From Takakia lepidozioides (taxonomy: Eukaryota > Plantae > Bryophyta), in the NCBI GenBank assembly GCA_030704615.1, contig CM060732.1, positions 33,542,001 through 33,606,000 on the forward strand: a stretch of DNA of 64,000 nucleotides, in the 5' to 3' direction. Within the stretch, counting starts at the first letter, position 1. Every line of letters begins with the position of its first letter. This document shows, one piece after another, positions 35,661 to 49,269 of the stretch. The position numbers were made by a program, and so were the translations under genes. The notes under the pieces are model-generated. The model was not told the origin of the DNA. It searched no databases and saw only the letters and a program-made list of their open reading frames with translations.

Positions 35661-36432
35661 ATCATCACAATACAACATCATTTTGAACCCCCAAGGATGC
35701 ACCTTGAGAGGGACCCTGTTTATAATCAAGTCTCCTGTTATAGGGCAGTCAATGCAATATGCCGGTAGGGGATCCCACTCAAAAACATGATGAGCACGAT
35801 AAGGCATGAGATTGCTATGGTGGCGGGAGCCCTGGATAGAGAACCTATCCAAACTAACGCATAGTACATCCTCTGACTCATGTTCAACTTGAGGGAAGAT
35901 TAACATTATTCTAGATGGAGGTAATGCGCAGGCTGTAAGTAGCTGCGATTGAAGTGCACGCGACCTACAAGTAGCTTGCGTACCCAAGACTTGAGCTAGT
36001 AGATGGGGCTGATATGGTTCAGATTGTGACCCTCACAAACGCAAACACAATACCACTTACAGCTAGTTATCACTATACAAAGATTGCAACCTCCAAAACT
36101 CACACATGTATCACATAAATACTACACAGGGCACTTTCTTGGAACTCAGGTGAGCAACATAGACAAATGAATGTGCGTGCGTAGTGAGTACGACAAGAGC
36201 AAAACCAAACACCCGAATGCTGGAGGAAATGGCCAGGTTGCACGAAGATACGGAAATGGCGAGGTTGCACGCCAATACTGCCCGTGTCGTACCCCGTATC
36301 CAACGTGTTCCAGGCTGTTGTGCGCTCTACTCCATTACATAACAACTGAAAGCATATCATGCATGGCTATCTCTGCACACTCAAAAATATGAGAAAGAAG
36401 ATCGATAGTACGAATAGAACGTTAGGCCATTA

Positions 36433-36690
36433 GGGCAAAGGTGTATGGGCCACACTTGCAAACGCGCAGACATTTTGAAAATCTATGTTGACAGACCACC
36501 CGGCGACGGGTGACCCGCCGTCTCGCACACTCCATGCGCGAGATTGTTGTCTTGAAGCTTTTCATGCAGCATCCATGGCGGACGCAGCCGCGCAGTCCAT
36601 ATCTCACGGTAGGCAGCTCGAACGACTTAGCTTTTTTCACCAAAATGGCATACGTAGCAACCTTTAGTGTCTCCTGCAACCCCTTTGCCC
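36433..36690. mobile_element. PIF/Harbinger (Tourist-like) MITE
   Basis: Inverted termini GGGCAAAGG...CCTTTGCCC, flanked by TTA on both sides (36430-32, 36691-93). Confidence 0.65.
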
Positions 36691-37456
36691 TTATGTGAAC
36701 GTTACATTATTTTCTAGATTTTCCAAAATATACACCAATGTAACTCTCTTCATGAAAAATCATCAAGCAGTTCATTCCTTCATAAAAACCTCCATATCAT
36801 TGTATAGTGCCTTAGCGAGTCTTGAAAGCTACACTTCTTATGAAAGGACCATAGCATGAAAATGAGTGGAAGAAGGTCTAATGAATTAGGATGTTCCAAG
36901 ATAAAATGATAGATTTTGAAAATTTCTCACATATCTCATAAACTAATTCTTAGGGCTACATTGTGATTTCCACGTATAACGGTGACCTTCCTACTGGACA
37001 ATAAAATCCCTATGTGAATTGAAGTTTTCCACCACTCCAATTGATTCCATATAGTCCACAACCTTACTTTGGACATCATACATACTTTTACGTTTGGACT
37101 TCATTCAATGCTCAAATCTCCATGGATTCCAAAAAGAAAACCACTGTTGTTTTCAGCACAGAATAAGGATCAATGATTCATGTCTAAACTTTCAAAATGC
37201 ACTTATATCCAACATCCATGTTAGTCCTTCTATGTGGCACTGCATTCGCAGAGAGCTTGGGACATCCATTTTGGGTGGACCGTAGCATGCTTTGACCCGC
37301 TTCTATGCTAGTAGAGTCAGTCTTGTATTTTTTGACATGAGTAATACCACATTTCCAGGTTACTGCTAACAGTGGCACGTCTGTCTACTTGTGATTGCTG
37401 GTTTAGCATGTTGTTTCCAGAAGGTGTTATCCAGAGATTTTCACTCTCCTTCTAAA

Positions 37457-40400
37457 TGTAAAAAAAACACACGCATACTTCTGAAGATGCAGGGATGAAA
37501 CAATATGTCATGACTCTATTACAAATGAGCTCTCCTCCTCACCATAGAGATCTACACAAAGACACAAAGATACAAAGATACAAAGATTGTTTGCCTCTCC
37601 TCTGAGCCCAATATATGTATACCTACTAGATGTCTCCCATCGAGAGATGTCTATTCCCTCAAGGCTTACCTAATAGCTATTCTAAGCCGGATCTATTCTA
37701 AGTGTCTACAATATCCAATAGCTATTCTAAGCGCATCTATTCTAGGTATCTAGAATATCTAACGGATGATGAGTTGAACCCAAAAGTTCATCCATCCTAA
37801 TTCTAACACTCCCACTCAATAAAACATCCGTTACTAAGATTGGAAGTTAACAACCCCCATCATCTCCTTGAAGGGTACATACTTGCGCAAAATGTCTTTC
37901 GTGAGTGAGGCTCTTGGTCAAAATATTTGCATCACGGCATCCCACCATGTGCAACCATCCTTGTCTGAAGGACTCCCACTGAAGCATAACCCATGACCAA
38001 TAGTACCTTTGAGATATCGTAAGATACGCTTCACTGCCCTTGGAGAATAGCCCTTGGCAACGAGCCGGGCTTTGTATCGCTCCACATCCTATCTACCTTG
38101 TACTTCCCCTTGAAGACCCTCCTGCTTCCAACTATTCTCCTTCCAAGTGGCAGAGGAGCAAGAACCCAAGTGCCATTATCCATAATGGAGTTGTACTGTG
38201 AATCAAGAGTTTCCTCCCACTGTGAGGCATCAACACTCACCAATGCTTCTCTCAAGGACTCTGGTTCATCACTGCCAGTACAGTGAAATGCAAAAGCCAT
38301 GTCTAGAGACTCTACAAATCTATTGGAGGGCTTCCCACTACGTTGTGAGCGTCGAGGTACAAATGGCTCATCCACCTCCTCACTTGACATCACCATGACT
38401 CCCTTTAGGTCTAAGATCAACATGTTCACTTGGTACGTCGAGCGCTGCAACTGGAACAGTATCAGCTAGTACAAGTGGAATTGGATCAATGGAATGAGGT
38501 TGCGGTAAAACATGCGGAGCATCAACAACTGTGACAGGAATCTCACCAACTCCCACCTTCTCTGTAAGCCTAGATAACTCAACAAAGTGAACGTCATGAC
38601 TCCTAACCACAACATGGCGTTCTGAGTCAAACAAACGATAGCATTTAGAACCCTCACAATATCCCAAAAACATGCACTTAATGCTTTTGGAATCCAGCTT
38701 TGAGCGTTTTTCTTTCAGAACATAAGTATATGCATCACAACCAAAAACTCTCAGGTGTGCAACACTTGGCTTCTTGCCACTCCAAGCCTCCTCAGGTGTC
38801 ATATCCTTGATTGCAATGGTAGGTGCTCCATTGTTAGCATACACAACAGTAAAAATAGCCTCAGCCCAAAACACTTTGCCAAGACTTTGATGCTCCAACA
38901 TGCACCTTGCATTCTCAACCAAAGTCCGGTTATTTCGTTCTGCAACTCCATTCTGCTGTGGGGTGTAAGGTGTAGTCATCTGTCGCTCAATCCCATGTTG
39001 TTCACAAAACTAATGGAATGCCTTTGAGATGTACTCACCACCATTGTTGCACCGCAACTTCTTGATCACTTTCCCTGTCTGCTTCTCTGCAAGAACTTTG
39101 AACACCTTGAACTTACCCACAACCTCAGATTTTTTCTTCATGAAATAAACAAAGGTTTTTTGCGACAAATCATCAATGAAAGTGACAAAGTATCTAGCAC
39201 CACATGAGAAAGATTCTCCATCGGCCCACACACATCACTATGCACCAACTCAAGCAACTCCGATGCCCGTGTACCACTTGTAGCTTGGAAATGGATTGCG
39301 ATGATGCTTTCCATATACACAACCTTGACATAACTCTAGGTTAGATGTAACCTCCAAGTCCATACTTTCGACCATGCCTCTTGCTTTCAAGCTCTTCAAG
39401 CTTGCAATGCCAAGATGACCGAGACGCTGATGTCACATATCAACCTTCCCCATAGTACCATTAGTGTCGACGCATCGTGATACGTTTGCATGAATTGCTC
39501 TCTGTGGAGATCCTGACAACTTGTAGAGTCGTCATGTCTGAACGCCCATCACAACCACATTGCCCTCGTGAGTCTCCATAAAACAACTTCCGGATCTGGA
39601 AGTTACCTGATAACCTTGATCCTCCATCTTGCTGACTGATAATAGATTCTTCTAGAGTCCCTCAATATGTAGAACCTCCTTGATGTTCTTGCAAACTCCA
39701 CTCGACAGCTTGAAGGGAATACCCTTACCCTTGATCTGAAGAGCACTGTCATAATCAAAATACACCTTTCTGTCACCTGGAAGGTCTTCGTAGGTAGAAA
39801 ACCATTCGAGCTGTGCGATGTCATGTGCTGAGAAGCACCAGAGTCGATGTACCAAGTTGTGTCGTCACTCAGAGCTACAGAGAAGGCAATCACAAACAAC
39901 TCACTGTTGTCACCAACACCATCCACGTGATTGGCTTCAGGTGCAGATCTAGACTTGAGTTTGTTAGCCTTCATATCAGTTTCCTTCTTTCATTTTCATG
40001 GTTATTCGGTTTCCCACAATAGAAACACTTCCCTTTCTCCTGGGTGGATGTACCAGAGATAGAGACAAAGTGCTTGCATTTGTGCCCTGTGTTGAGCGCA
40101 ACATCTGACAGAGTAGCAGCAACAAGACCCTTCTGACGCGATTCCTCCTGGAGAAGCACTCCAACAACTAACTCCATGGACAGATCAGTAATAGGACGAG
40201 TTCGAAGAGATGCCACAATAAACTCAAATGCTGGAATCAAATTCCCCATCAATGTCAAGCATGTGTTTAACTCTGAAATCTCTAACCCTGTCGCTGCAAT
40301 CTGATCCAATAAAGTTCGCATCTTGGCTATGTGAGAAGCAATGGAATCTTCCTCACTCATCTTAAGAGTGAAAAATTGTTGTCGCAAGTGCAACAACACA

Positions 40401-41211
40401 TTTCCATTCTTGGGCTCATACATCCTGACTAAGAATTCCCAAGCTTCACAAGATGTCTCATGCTTACTCACTTGCCCAAACAAAGAATCACTCACATGCA
40501 AAGAAATAGTTGCAAGAGCTCTCTGATCAAGATCCTCTCACTGATCTAATGCATCAACATCAGTCTCTGAAGATTTGTTATGTTTGCTAGACACAACCTT
40601 CTATGTGCCCCTTCTAACAAGAACCATTCACATCTTGTCCTTCCAGATACGAAACATGTCTCCATCGAACTTTGCAATCGCATGATAACTAAGATGTTGA
40701 GACATTTCAAATCTACATAGACCAAGCTAATCAAATATAGTGATGTCCTACTTCTCTCAGACTCAAATAGATATGGATACATGTGTACAGAAATAAGCAC
40801 TTCACACCACCACCAAATAATCAATTACACAACACATATCTTTGTTCTAGCAAGTACTTTCTCTCTTGCTAGTCAATCCCACTTCTAGAAATATGATCTC
40901 TCAATCCTATAAATAATTCCATAGGTTAAGCCGCTCTGATACCATGTCAACAAAACACATACATATTTATGAAGATGCAGGGATGAAACAATACATGACT
41001 CTATTACAGCTCTCCTCCTCACCATAGAGGTCTGCACAAAGATACAAAGATACTATTCCCTCAAGGCTTACCTAATAGTTATTCTAAGCCGAATCTATTC
41101 TAAGTATCTAGAATATCCAATAGCTATTTAAGCCGCATCTATTCTAGGTAATCTAGAATATCTAACGGATGATGAGTTGAACCCAAAAGTTCATCCATCC
41201 TAATTCTAACA
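37457..41211 (-). mobile_element. Ty1/copia retrotransposon with both LTRs, RT largely deleted
   Basis: LTRs 37457-37808 and 40945-41211; Met-tRNA PBS TGGTATCAGAGC at 40944-40933; PPT TGAGTGGGAG next to the 3' LTR; near-TSD CTAAA/CTATA. Coding motifs: gag CFYCGK, protease WYIDSGASQHM, integrase TPQQNGVAER. Confidence 0.93.
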
Positions 41212-42495
41212 CTATATTGTAACAGCTATCTCCAGCAGGTTCTGCAGTTGCATCCTGCCCCGAGCAAACTTCCTTTTTTGGCTTCTCAGAATGATATGGG
41301 GGAAGCGGTGAGGAAGTGCTTCATTCAAAGTCAGTCCAAAACGTTGGAAAAGGCAAACGCAGGACTGCGGCTCTCAAGGATTAAACTTACAATGTTTATG
41401 GACTTCTTGCTTTCATAATTGGGGGTCTGTGTTGTCTCTGTCTGTCAGGAGTGGGGCACCTGATAGATTTCTCCTGTTGATTCCATGGTAATTTGGTCAA
41501 AGCTTTGAGCAATTTCTAACGGCCTCTCTTCTTACCTGCTACGGTTTAACTCTGCATGCCTACGTTCATTTGCCAGTATGTGCATCTGTGCAGTATTGTA
41601 TGCCTCTCAAATCCGATCCTCAAAGACTTCTAATTTGCTTGGTGATAATACAGATGGGTGACATCATCAGATCCTGTCTTCAATGCACTTGCGGGTGACT
41701 TCATGAAGGATTGTAAGCAGACCATTGCTTTGAGCATACGTACCCATAGTCTTAGTTTCTTTCATATTCCTTACTGTTTTAGTTCTGGTGAAAGTTGTAT
41801 TCAAACCAGCTTCCTCATCCGAACGTTCACCCATTGACATTTTCACACTTGGAGAATTCTGAACTTTGAGCTGGTGCCAGGCACTGATTCATTTGACTTC
41901 AAGATTGTAGTACAATGTTTGAATGCTTCAGCACTCAGTTTCAAGGTTATCGTTTCTGTCTATCTGAAAACTCAAAAGAGATCTCACTTTGAATGAAACA
42001 CTGCAAACCAAGAATCTACACATGAATATGTTGTAGACCTGAGAATAAGCTCTGAAGTTGGTTGTCCAATGATTAAATGTCTTCCAAGTGGACTGTGAAG
42101 TCCCAAGTGTACACACATGTATAATTGCTCTTGATCTATAGCTCTGTCCTCTTCTAAAATCATGTATGATCGGGCCGGTGGTCCTTCTTGATCATAAACT
42201 ACATATGTACATGGATTGAGCTGATCAGGTTGGATTAACTAAAGTTTAGTGGATCCATATTGTACATAAGCTAACTTTTAGTTGGTCTGAATCAAGACCA
42301 TCTCTAGAGTGGTGCATATGTGTGATAAGTACTAGGAAGTCCTGCAGGTCAGGTAACTTGGAACATATGCAGGTCTCTTTGCACAATGGCGCGCGGACCA
42401 CCAAAACTTTCCAAGTCTTCTGGCCTCCCGCAGATAGTAAATTTCGTAGCAATATTGCAGCTGTCCAGAAGCTGGTTCTACAAGTCTAGCAGCCA

Positions 42496-44673
42496 TCACG
42501 GGCGAAAAGGCCCGGGAGTTCCAGTCCATCCTTCAACACATTGGAGGAGAGGAGCCACTAGTTTTCCCTCTGAGATGGCCTCATACACCTTCTCAATCTC
42601 TTGGCCCGGAGACACACTTCTCAAACCCGACAGCAACTGGGTGCCCAACTCGGACCGCACAAACTTGTAGAGAGGGTAAGTTCTGCACTCCTCGATCCGG
42701 TTCGGTACGGCGGAGTATCCCTTGTTATCGTAGGCCTCACGGACTAGAGGTACCCTAGCATTCAGGGATGTCTTCAACTCCTCTTCAAAGGTAGAAATTC
42801 TGTGGAATACAGAGGTGGATTCCAATTTCTCGTTCTTGGGGTTTTGGAGAGCATGTTGCACCAACACTTCCCTCAACTTTTGCATCAGGGGGTACGACAG
42901 ACTTGTTGCATCGTCGATGTAGCTGAAAACAGGTTGGCAATTCACCACGCGTAACAGTTCTTTCTCGCAGAACCGTGCTGGCAAAAGTGCACCGTTACTG
43001 CCTGTGAAGAGCGTCTTCTTGGCAACCTGGGAAACAATTTGCTTGACTGTCGTCTGCATTGTCTCCTCGATGTGACGAAGGTCGATGGCCTGGCACAGAC
43101 CTACCAAGAATGTGGAGCTCATGAGCTTGAGAATCTCGATAGATTCCTCGGTTTTGCGGGCGGACACCAATCCCAGCGAGTTCACATCCTGGTTGTGCTG
43201 CTCCGCACTTTGTACATGGGTGGTCACTGGGTTGGCCAAGTAGTTCAGCTCTGAGAGGTAGGAAGCCATGGCTATCTCCCCTCCCTTCATGCCATAGTCC
43301 AGGCTGGGGTTAGGTCCTCCACTCAGATTTGAGGGCAACCCATTGTTGTAGTAGTCGTTGACGAGCTCAGAGAACTGTGCGAACATGAGCTTCCCAATCG
43401 CAGCGATGGCCAACCGCATGTTGTCCATGGAGACTCCAATTGGGGTTCCCTGGAAGTTTCCGCCATGAAGGGCTCTGTCCCCGGCAGCGTCGATGATTGG
43501 GTTATCGTTCACCGAGTTGATTTCTCTTTGAATGGCGTGAGTGGCATTGCGAATTACCTCCACCTGCGGGCCCAGCCATTGTGGGGAAGTACGCAGCGCA
43601 TATCGATCCTGTTTGGGTTTCGTCAACGGGTCAGTCTCATGCAGCTGTGCAGCGGCCTTCATGTAGGAGCTTCCATCGAGCACCCACTCCATAATCGCAG
43701 CCGCCTCCATCTGACCTGGGTGGTGCTTTAGTTTGTGCGTCAGCGGGTCAGCGAACTCGGGCTTTCCTTGCATCACTTCACAGAACAGCGCAGACAGAAC
43801 TTCAGCCAGTAACACCATCACATTGGCATCAAAGCACACAGTGGAAGCCAAGGCTGACCCCACCGCTGTTCCGTTGACAATGGCCAGGCCTTCCTTGGGC
43901 TGCAATTCAAACGGTTTCTCGACCCCAGCGAGTCTCAGAGCTTCCAAGGCAGACACCTCCGTTCCGTCGTCGGTCACGGCTCTGGAGTTGGGTCTATTTG
44001 TAAGCAGTCCCGCGATGTAAGACAATGGAACAAGGTCTCCTGAAGCAGTAACGGTCCCGCGCAGTGGCAACTTGGGTGTGACATTTGCATTTAGAAGCTT
44101 TTCCATGGCTTCCAGAATCTCCCACCGAATTCCTGAGTATCCCTGCATCAATGTATTGGTGCGCACAAGCATAGCTGCCCGCGTGGTGCAAGTCGGGAGG
44201 GTGTTGCCCTTCCCGAGGACTCCCGCATTCAGAAACCTAATAAGCTCTCTCTGGAGCTCCACCCCTTGCTGGGTACGCCGGTGAGAGGTGGCTCCAAAAC
44301 CAGTTGTGACGCCATAGATATCACCCCCGTTCATGATCTTCTGCAGAACCCAGTTGGAGCTTTCATCTACTCGACTCTTGGCATTGGCGGCATCCAGCAC
44401 CACTCTCACTTCTGGTCGGCGGGCCACGGCTGCCACCTGACCTACCGTCAAAGTTACCCCTTCAATGGCTACTTCGGTTGCCTCGTAGAAAGTCTTCACC
44501 ATATCTTTAACCTCCTCCAAATGGCTGCTTTTCATGGCTGCCGCTGCTCGCGCCCAATTAAGGGGATCCGCAAGCTGGACAGCAGAACACACAGCATCAG
44601 CTCCAGTATGGTAGTGCAGGGATTTCGCTGTATTTCCGTTCATGGTCAACTGAGCTTCGTTGGCCATCACCAT
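42496..44673 (-). CDS. PAL: Phenylalanine ammonia-lyase (intronless, intact)
   Basis: [24 protein letters not shown] (Phe-selective), [14 protein letters not shown] (ASG MIO triad), [30 protein letters not shown]. First ATG at 44673; the ORF track start at 44700 is a GTG. Confidence 0.97.
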   Translation of the reverse strand: MVMANEAQLTMNGNTAKSLHYHTGADAVCSAVQLADPLNWARAAAAMKSSHLEEVKDMVKTFYEATEVAIEGVTLTVGQVAAVARRPEVRVVLDAANAKSRVDESSNWVLQKIMNGGDIYGVTTGFGATSHRRTQQGVELQRELIRFLNAGVLGKGNTLPTCTTRAAMLVRTNTLMQGYSGIRWEILEAMEKLLNANVTPKLPLRGTVTASGDLVPLSYIAGLLTNRPNSRAVTDDGTEVSALEALRLAGVEKPFELQPKEGLAIVNGTAVGSALASTVCFDANVMVLLAEVLSALFCEVMQGKPEFADPLTHKLKHHPGQMEAAAIMEWVLDGSSYMKAAAQLHETDPLTKPKQDRYALRTSPQWLGPQVEVIRNATHAIQREINSVNDNPIIDAAGDRALHGGNFQGTPIGVSMDNMRLAIAAIGKLMFAQFSELVNDYYNNGLPSNLSGGPNPSLDYGMKGGEIAMASYLSELNYLANPVTTHVQSAEQHNQDVNSLGLVSARKTEESIEILKLMSSTFLVGLCQAIDLRHIEETMQTTVKQIVSQVAKKTLFTGSNGALLPARFCEKELLRVVNCQPVFSYIDDATSLSYPLMQKLREVLVQHALQNPKNEKLESTSVFHRISTFEEELKTSLNARVPLVREAYDNKGYSAVPNRIEECRTYPLYKFVRSELGTQLLSGLRSVSPGQEIEKVYEAISEGKLVAPLLQCVEGWTGTPGPFRP

Positions 44674-44869
44674 TCTGCGCCTGGGTTCGGAGAGAGACAC
44701 GTCCAGAGGATAATGTAAGAAAGACGATGGCGAACTGGGACTAATTCAGTGCTCAGGATAGTAATCTGATGGTCAGTACTGGAGCTAGCAAGATATGACA
44801 ATTCAGAGGCGCTGATATTCGTTTAGATTCTACAACCGGGGGACGAATAACTAGCACTGGAGTGAGGGA

Positions 44870-45088
44870 GCTCGGTTATATGCTGGCGTATAAGAGAGAA
44901 GACTGGGAAGGCCTAGATGATCAGAGAATGCAGACTGTATATCGTTTGCCCGTCTAGAACCCCGCCAGATGAGGTTGTTGTGGTGATGAGAGCAGGAATA
45001 TGAAGTGCTCTTTATACTTAGTTAGTTTGCAGCTCGAGGACTTCAATTTGGTCAACCTGTCACGGGTGATTTGACCTGGTCTGAGGTG

Positions 45089-45119
<31 letters not shown>

Positions 45120-45300
45120 AGAGAGGCTACGCTGGGAATTACTGTCTCCGTGCTTTTCATCTACATCTGACTTGATTTTGCATCCAATGGAGCTTTGATA
45201 TTTCCCGGATTTTCATCCATGGTGGTCCAGGTCAAGCACGTGTGGTGCGATCCGTCAACAAGCTCATCCCCGCGCTCAGCACTCCTGCTTTGACTGCAGG
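44870..45300 (-). promoter_or_regulatory. PAL promoter: TATA-like box, (CT)n tract, W-boxes, G-box
   Basis: TATAA at ~44881-44877; (GA)n at 45088-45114; TTGAC[C/T] at ~45050, 45071, 45230 and 45290; CACGTG at 45237. Confidence 0.45.
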
Positions 45301-46820
45301 TATCCAACTCAGTCTCAGTTCCAAGAAACTTTGGTCCGTGCGAGACTCGGTGCACACCACAGTGGACCTGCAAGGTTGAACTGGGAATATTGAACGCACC
45401 TTAAGTAGCTATACGATCGAGATACGATCTGCTGATCAGCTGTTTTGAACTTATAGGTTTATTAGACTCATAGCACTAGATCCATCGGTTGGTTTTCTGA
45501 GAAGCAACCGTCTGGAGTCCTAGTTCTCTTTGAGATATCTAGAGCCATCCATTCCCGTTGGTATGATTTGGTATATAAGATATTCGTTTTGGTGCAACTC
45601 GTAACGACCTCGACTCTTTCATTGACAGGGCAATGAAACAGCTAGTTCAAATTTGAGTTGGTCAACATACTAGAAGAGACGTATGAGTAATTGTTTTCAT
45701 ATCTAATCTTGTTCAAAGTGGAATCCATGAGAAGCAGTTGACTCATCAGGAACGAATTTCCAGTCGTAGTTTTGTTAGATCGACTTTGGTGGCAAGTGCG
45801 AAGTTGTGACAATTGAGACTCCTGATCAGCCTCTAATATTGATCAGGAACTTGGATGTAATGTTGCAAACTGCGTTGAGGCTGTGGATAAGAGTTTGATA
45901 TCCCATCCATGAGGAACTGTCATATCCGATGAGGACTAATTGACTCTGCAGAACGGGGTCATGATCTTATCAACATAGACTTATCTTTAACCCCCGGGAG
46001 CACAGCTTGAAGTGAATAGAAAATTCAGGAGGCCCCTTTCCAGCTTCAGGATGGAGGTCCTTTTTTCAGGCCGCCACGTACAAGCTGGCGAACAAGGTCG
46101 GAGTACATGGTCGCTGCTCAAGTAAAACTGTAGTAGAAAGACAGCGTAGCCATGTCGATCCGCCTATCACTTCGAAGAACAGATCACTAGGCTGTCCACA
46201 ATATCACAATTAACGCCACCAGAAAACCCTACATGTATACGAAACTAGCTCGGAGTTTCACGATCCATTGACATTCATATCCTTCTCTCAAACCTCACAC
46301 TCTCTTACAGAGAGACCAGGCACAAGGATCCTCGGAGGTTTGAAAGTTGGGCAACTTCACGGCCGATGCACTGCCATTGTAACTTGAAACAAGAAGGATT
46401 GCTGCATTGGAAGGCTAATCGATTGAGAGCATTAAATTGAATAGTGGCGTGCAAAAGAGACGAACAATATGCAACAAACTTGAAGAGGCCGCTAAGCCAC
46501 TCGTAGTTTTGTATGTACACACTTAACTCACCCGATGATCAAAAATGTGTGTGTGAAGTGTGAATATGTGGGTCGAGCCTTTTCTCAATCACAAAGCAAA
46601 AGAAATTAGTGGACCAATTTTAGATGACGCATACGCAAACTGGGTCTCCCCTTCGCGTGTTTGGACTTTAGAGCAACATTGCATAGTGTTCGTCATCATT
46701 CCTGTAAACATAGCGGTCATTTCAGTTTGCAAACCATCGTCATCACTCTTGTACGAGATTAGAGGTGTTACTTGAGGAAGGTAGAACAGGAATGCGTAGT
46801 CTAGTCTTCTCTCATAAGAA

Positions 46821-46875
46821 GAGAAATGAAATGAAATGAAATGGTACTTTATAACGTCCGCGAAAAGCTCATCGA
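46821..46875 (-). repeat. Dispersed repeat copy 3 with (CATTT)n tail
   Basis: GAAATGAAATGAAATGAAATGGTACTTTATAACGTCCGCGAAAAGCTC. Confidence 0.6.
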
Positions 46876-47912
46876 GCTTATGGGACAAAATGGAAGAAAA
46901 CATGAGAGAGGAAACAAAAATAGTAACTATTGCTCAAGTGATTGTCTAAGGGTGAGTGCCTCGTGCAGGTAAGCTGCCAAGCATTTCTGATCTTCGTAGT
47001 GAAAGACTTCAGGTGAGAGATTGGATTCCCCGGAATAGACAGTGGAATCTCCCACGGATCTCGTAGTATAGACGGCAATAGAAGAAGAAGTGTTAAGTTT
47101 CAATTTCCCGGTTGCGCCCTGTGCAAGCTGGACATAAGGAGATTTAATTTTTTGGTGGTGGGAAGTTGTGTCAGACCATTTCATGCCCTCAGACATGAGA
47201 GAGAAAGAAAGCGCTCATGGCGATCCATGGTGCCTGCCTTTCCGTACCCTGGTTGCTCGAAATCTCTCGTCTCACTCTCCCTTAAAAACACCGAACATAA
47301 ACCCTCACTGTAAACCCCTGAGCCCTTTTAAACCAAATTGTACATACGTATGCAATAAATTCTTTCGTCAGTTGTCAGTGGTAGAGAAGTACCAAGACTT
47401 CAACAAGGCACTCCAGCAAGCCGGCGGATGTGCGACATTGACTGAAAGAACGATGAGACAGGCCCCGGAGCGTGGAAATGTCCATGGTTCTGTCTTAGAA
47501 TTTGGAACACTGGGGGATGTGCTTCCTGTAGCTGTAATTGCACTGGTAAGGAGAGCCATGTCTGATCTGTGGGCATGATGCCAAGAATGCAGTATCTCTG
47601 GGTCCGGAGGTGCACAGAGGATGAATTAACAGAGACAAAACTTTCTGGTTAAATATAGTGACATTCTTAATGTCATTTGTATCCAGGTCCGGGTCAGCGA
47701 GGCTTTGATGCATACTGACTGTATGCTGGAGACCATAGACTGCACTAAACTCAAATCTTGAGTACTTAGGTTTCATCTCAACACATATGTGAACAAGTCA
47801 AGCTTCCCTTGGTTCTATCATGCTTGGTGTGCAGGAAGGTTGGCACTTGGCATAGCTCTACCGCGTGCCATGTGCAGTTGTGGCTCCCTATGTGGTGCCA
47901 TACAGGTTGTTA

Positions 47913-48110
47913 CCACTGTTGTGCGGGTCCAGGTTTTGAAGGCGGGTACCTGGCGGGTTAGGATTCGGGTTACCCGGATCCGGGCTATCACAAAAAAACC
48001 CGGACCCTCCGGCTTCATTTCTAAAGTGAACCCGGGACCACTTGCTGGGTCCAGAACCCCTTAAACCCGCTACCCGCTGGCCAATGTAGCGGGCACGGGT
48101 CTTAATTTTA
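47913..48110. mobile_element. Probable hAT-like MITE remnant
   Basis: Starts CACTGTTG and is dense in CGGGT/ACCCG motifs in both orientations. Second TIR not seen. Confidence 0.35.
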
Positions 48111-48166
48111 GATGGGGCATGCGGGGTCCACCTTAGAGGTATAGGTTTTGTCATATTTGTGGAGGG

Positions 48167-48494
48167 TGTGAAGCCTTAAAACAAGCATAAAGCATATACT
48201 CCTTTCTTCTCAAGAAGCAAGGTTTCACAACAAAGGGGCAAGCGGAAAGAGCAGGCAACGTGCGAGAGGAGGATCAAACACACAAAAGCAGCTCTCATCC
48301 AAAGCTTGTACACCAAAATCACATATACACTAACACCCGAGTACATCGCCCTGACCTTGTGTCGGGGCGCCGACTTTATACAAAAGCCCTAGCTTTAGTT
48401 GCCCGCCGCGTGGCAAGGCGTCACAAGCCAAAACCCACGGCGCCACTTTGTAACCCTAGATCTGATGAAGGGCCAGGATGTAGCCACCAGCCCA
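48167..48494 (-). repeat. Truncated LTR of the same gypsy family as 17673-18141
   Basis: Collinear similarity from TGTGAAGCCTTAAAACAAGC to CCACCAGCCCA. Confidence 0.85.
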
Positions 48495-49269
48495 GAGGAG
48501 AGAAGACTCCGGCCGAAGCCGGCGTAACTAAGAGCCACTTCGCCTTGCGGCTACTGCCCCTTTTCGAGGGTGGGCCCTATAAAAGAGAGGTGTCATGTGG
48601 GACACCAAGTGACCATAGAAAGTAGTCTGTGGTACCCTGGGTATCCTGGGGGACCTAGGGTGTGATTGAGGTGCCGGATTCCAATTGGCGTTTGTTGGTG
48701 ATAGTAGCTGTGAGTGAACGGAGTGCCGTGAGGTGAATTGCTTTGAAGCATTTGTGAATGGGAAGAGTGGGAATTTTGAAGTTATTATGTATGTCGGTGA
48801 TACTGGCATTATGAATGCCGCCTCGAGTACTGGTGGTGATGACGGTTAATGGCCCAGTTTTCCAGCCATACTGTCTGATTGCAAAGATAAGCGAGGCATA
48901 TTTTTGACGTTTTTCTAAAATCGAATCATTGGGGTAACGATCGTGGCAAAATGTGAATTCAATAAAATGAATGGTGAGGTGGGGGGTAGGGTGTTAATGG
49001 GTAGGCCTTGTACAAGGAGTATGTCCGGGCAAAGCCTAGCAGGGCATGAGCATGGTGATCGGGTATTGTTGACCACGATGACAGGGATGGTTTATATGAC
49101 TCGCGTCATATGGAGGACTACACGTGGATGATTTTCCTAGAATTGTAGATTCACTTCATGACTGAATTTGGTTTCACAGCTCTAATTATACGACTGCATC
49201 ACTACACGTGTCATTTTGAAGGCACATACACGAATGTATTCATCCATTGGGTAAGTTCATTCATCAATG

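Noticed and set aside
17673-48494. Two LTR copies as ends of one 30-kb element that captured PAL
   Set aside because: The second copy is truncated and diverged, with no adjacent PBS or gag and no testable TSD; independent insertions are simpler.
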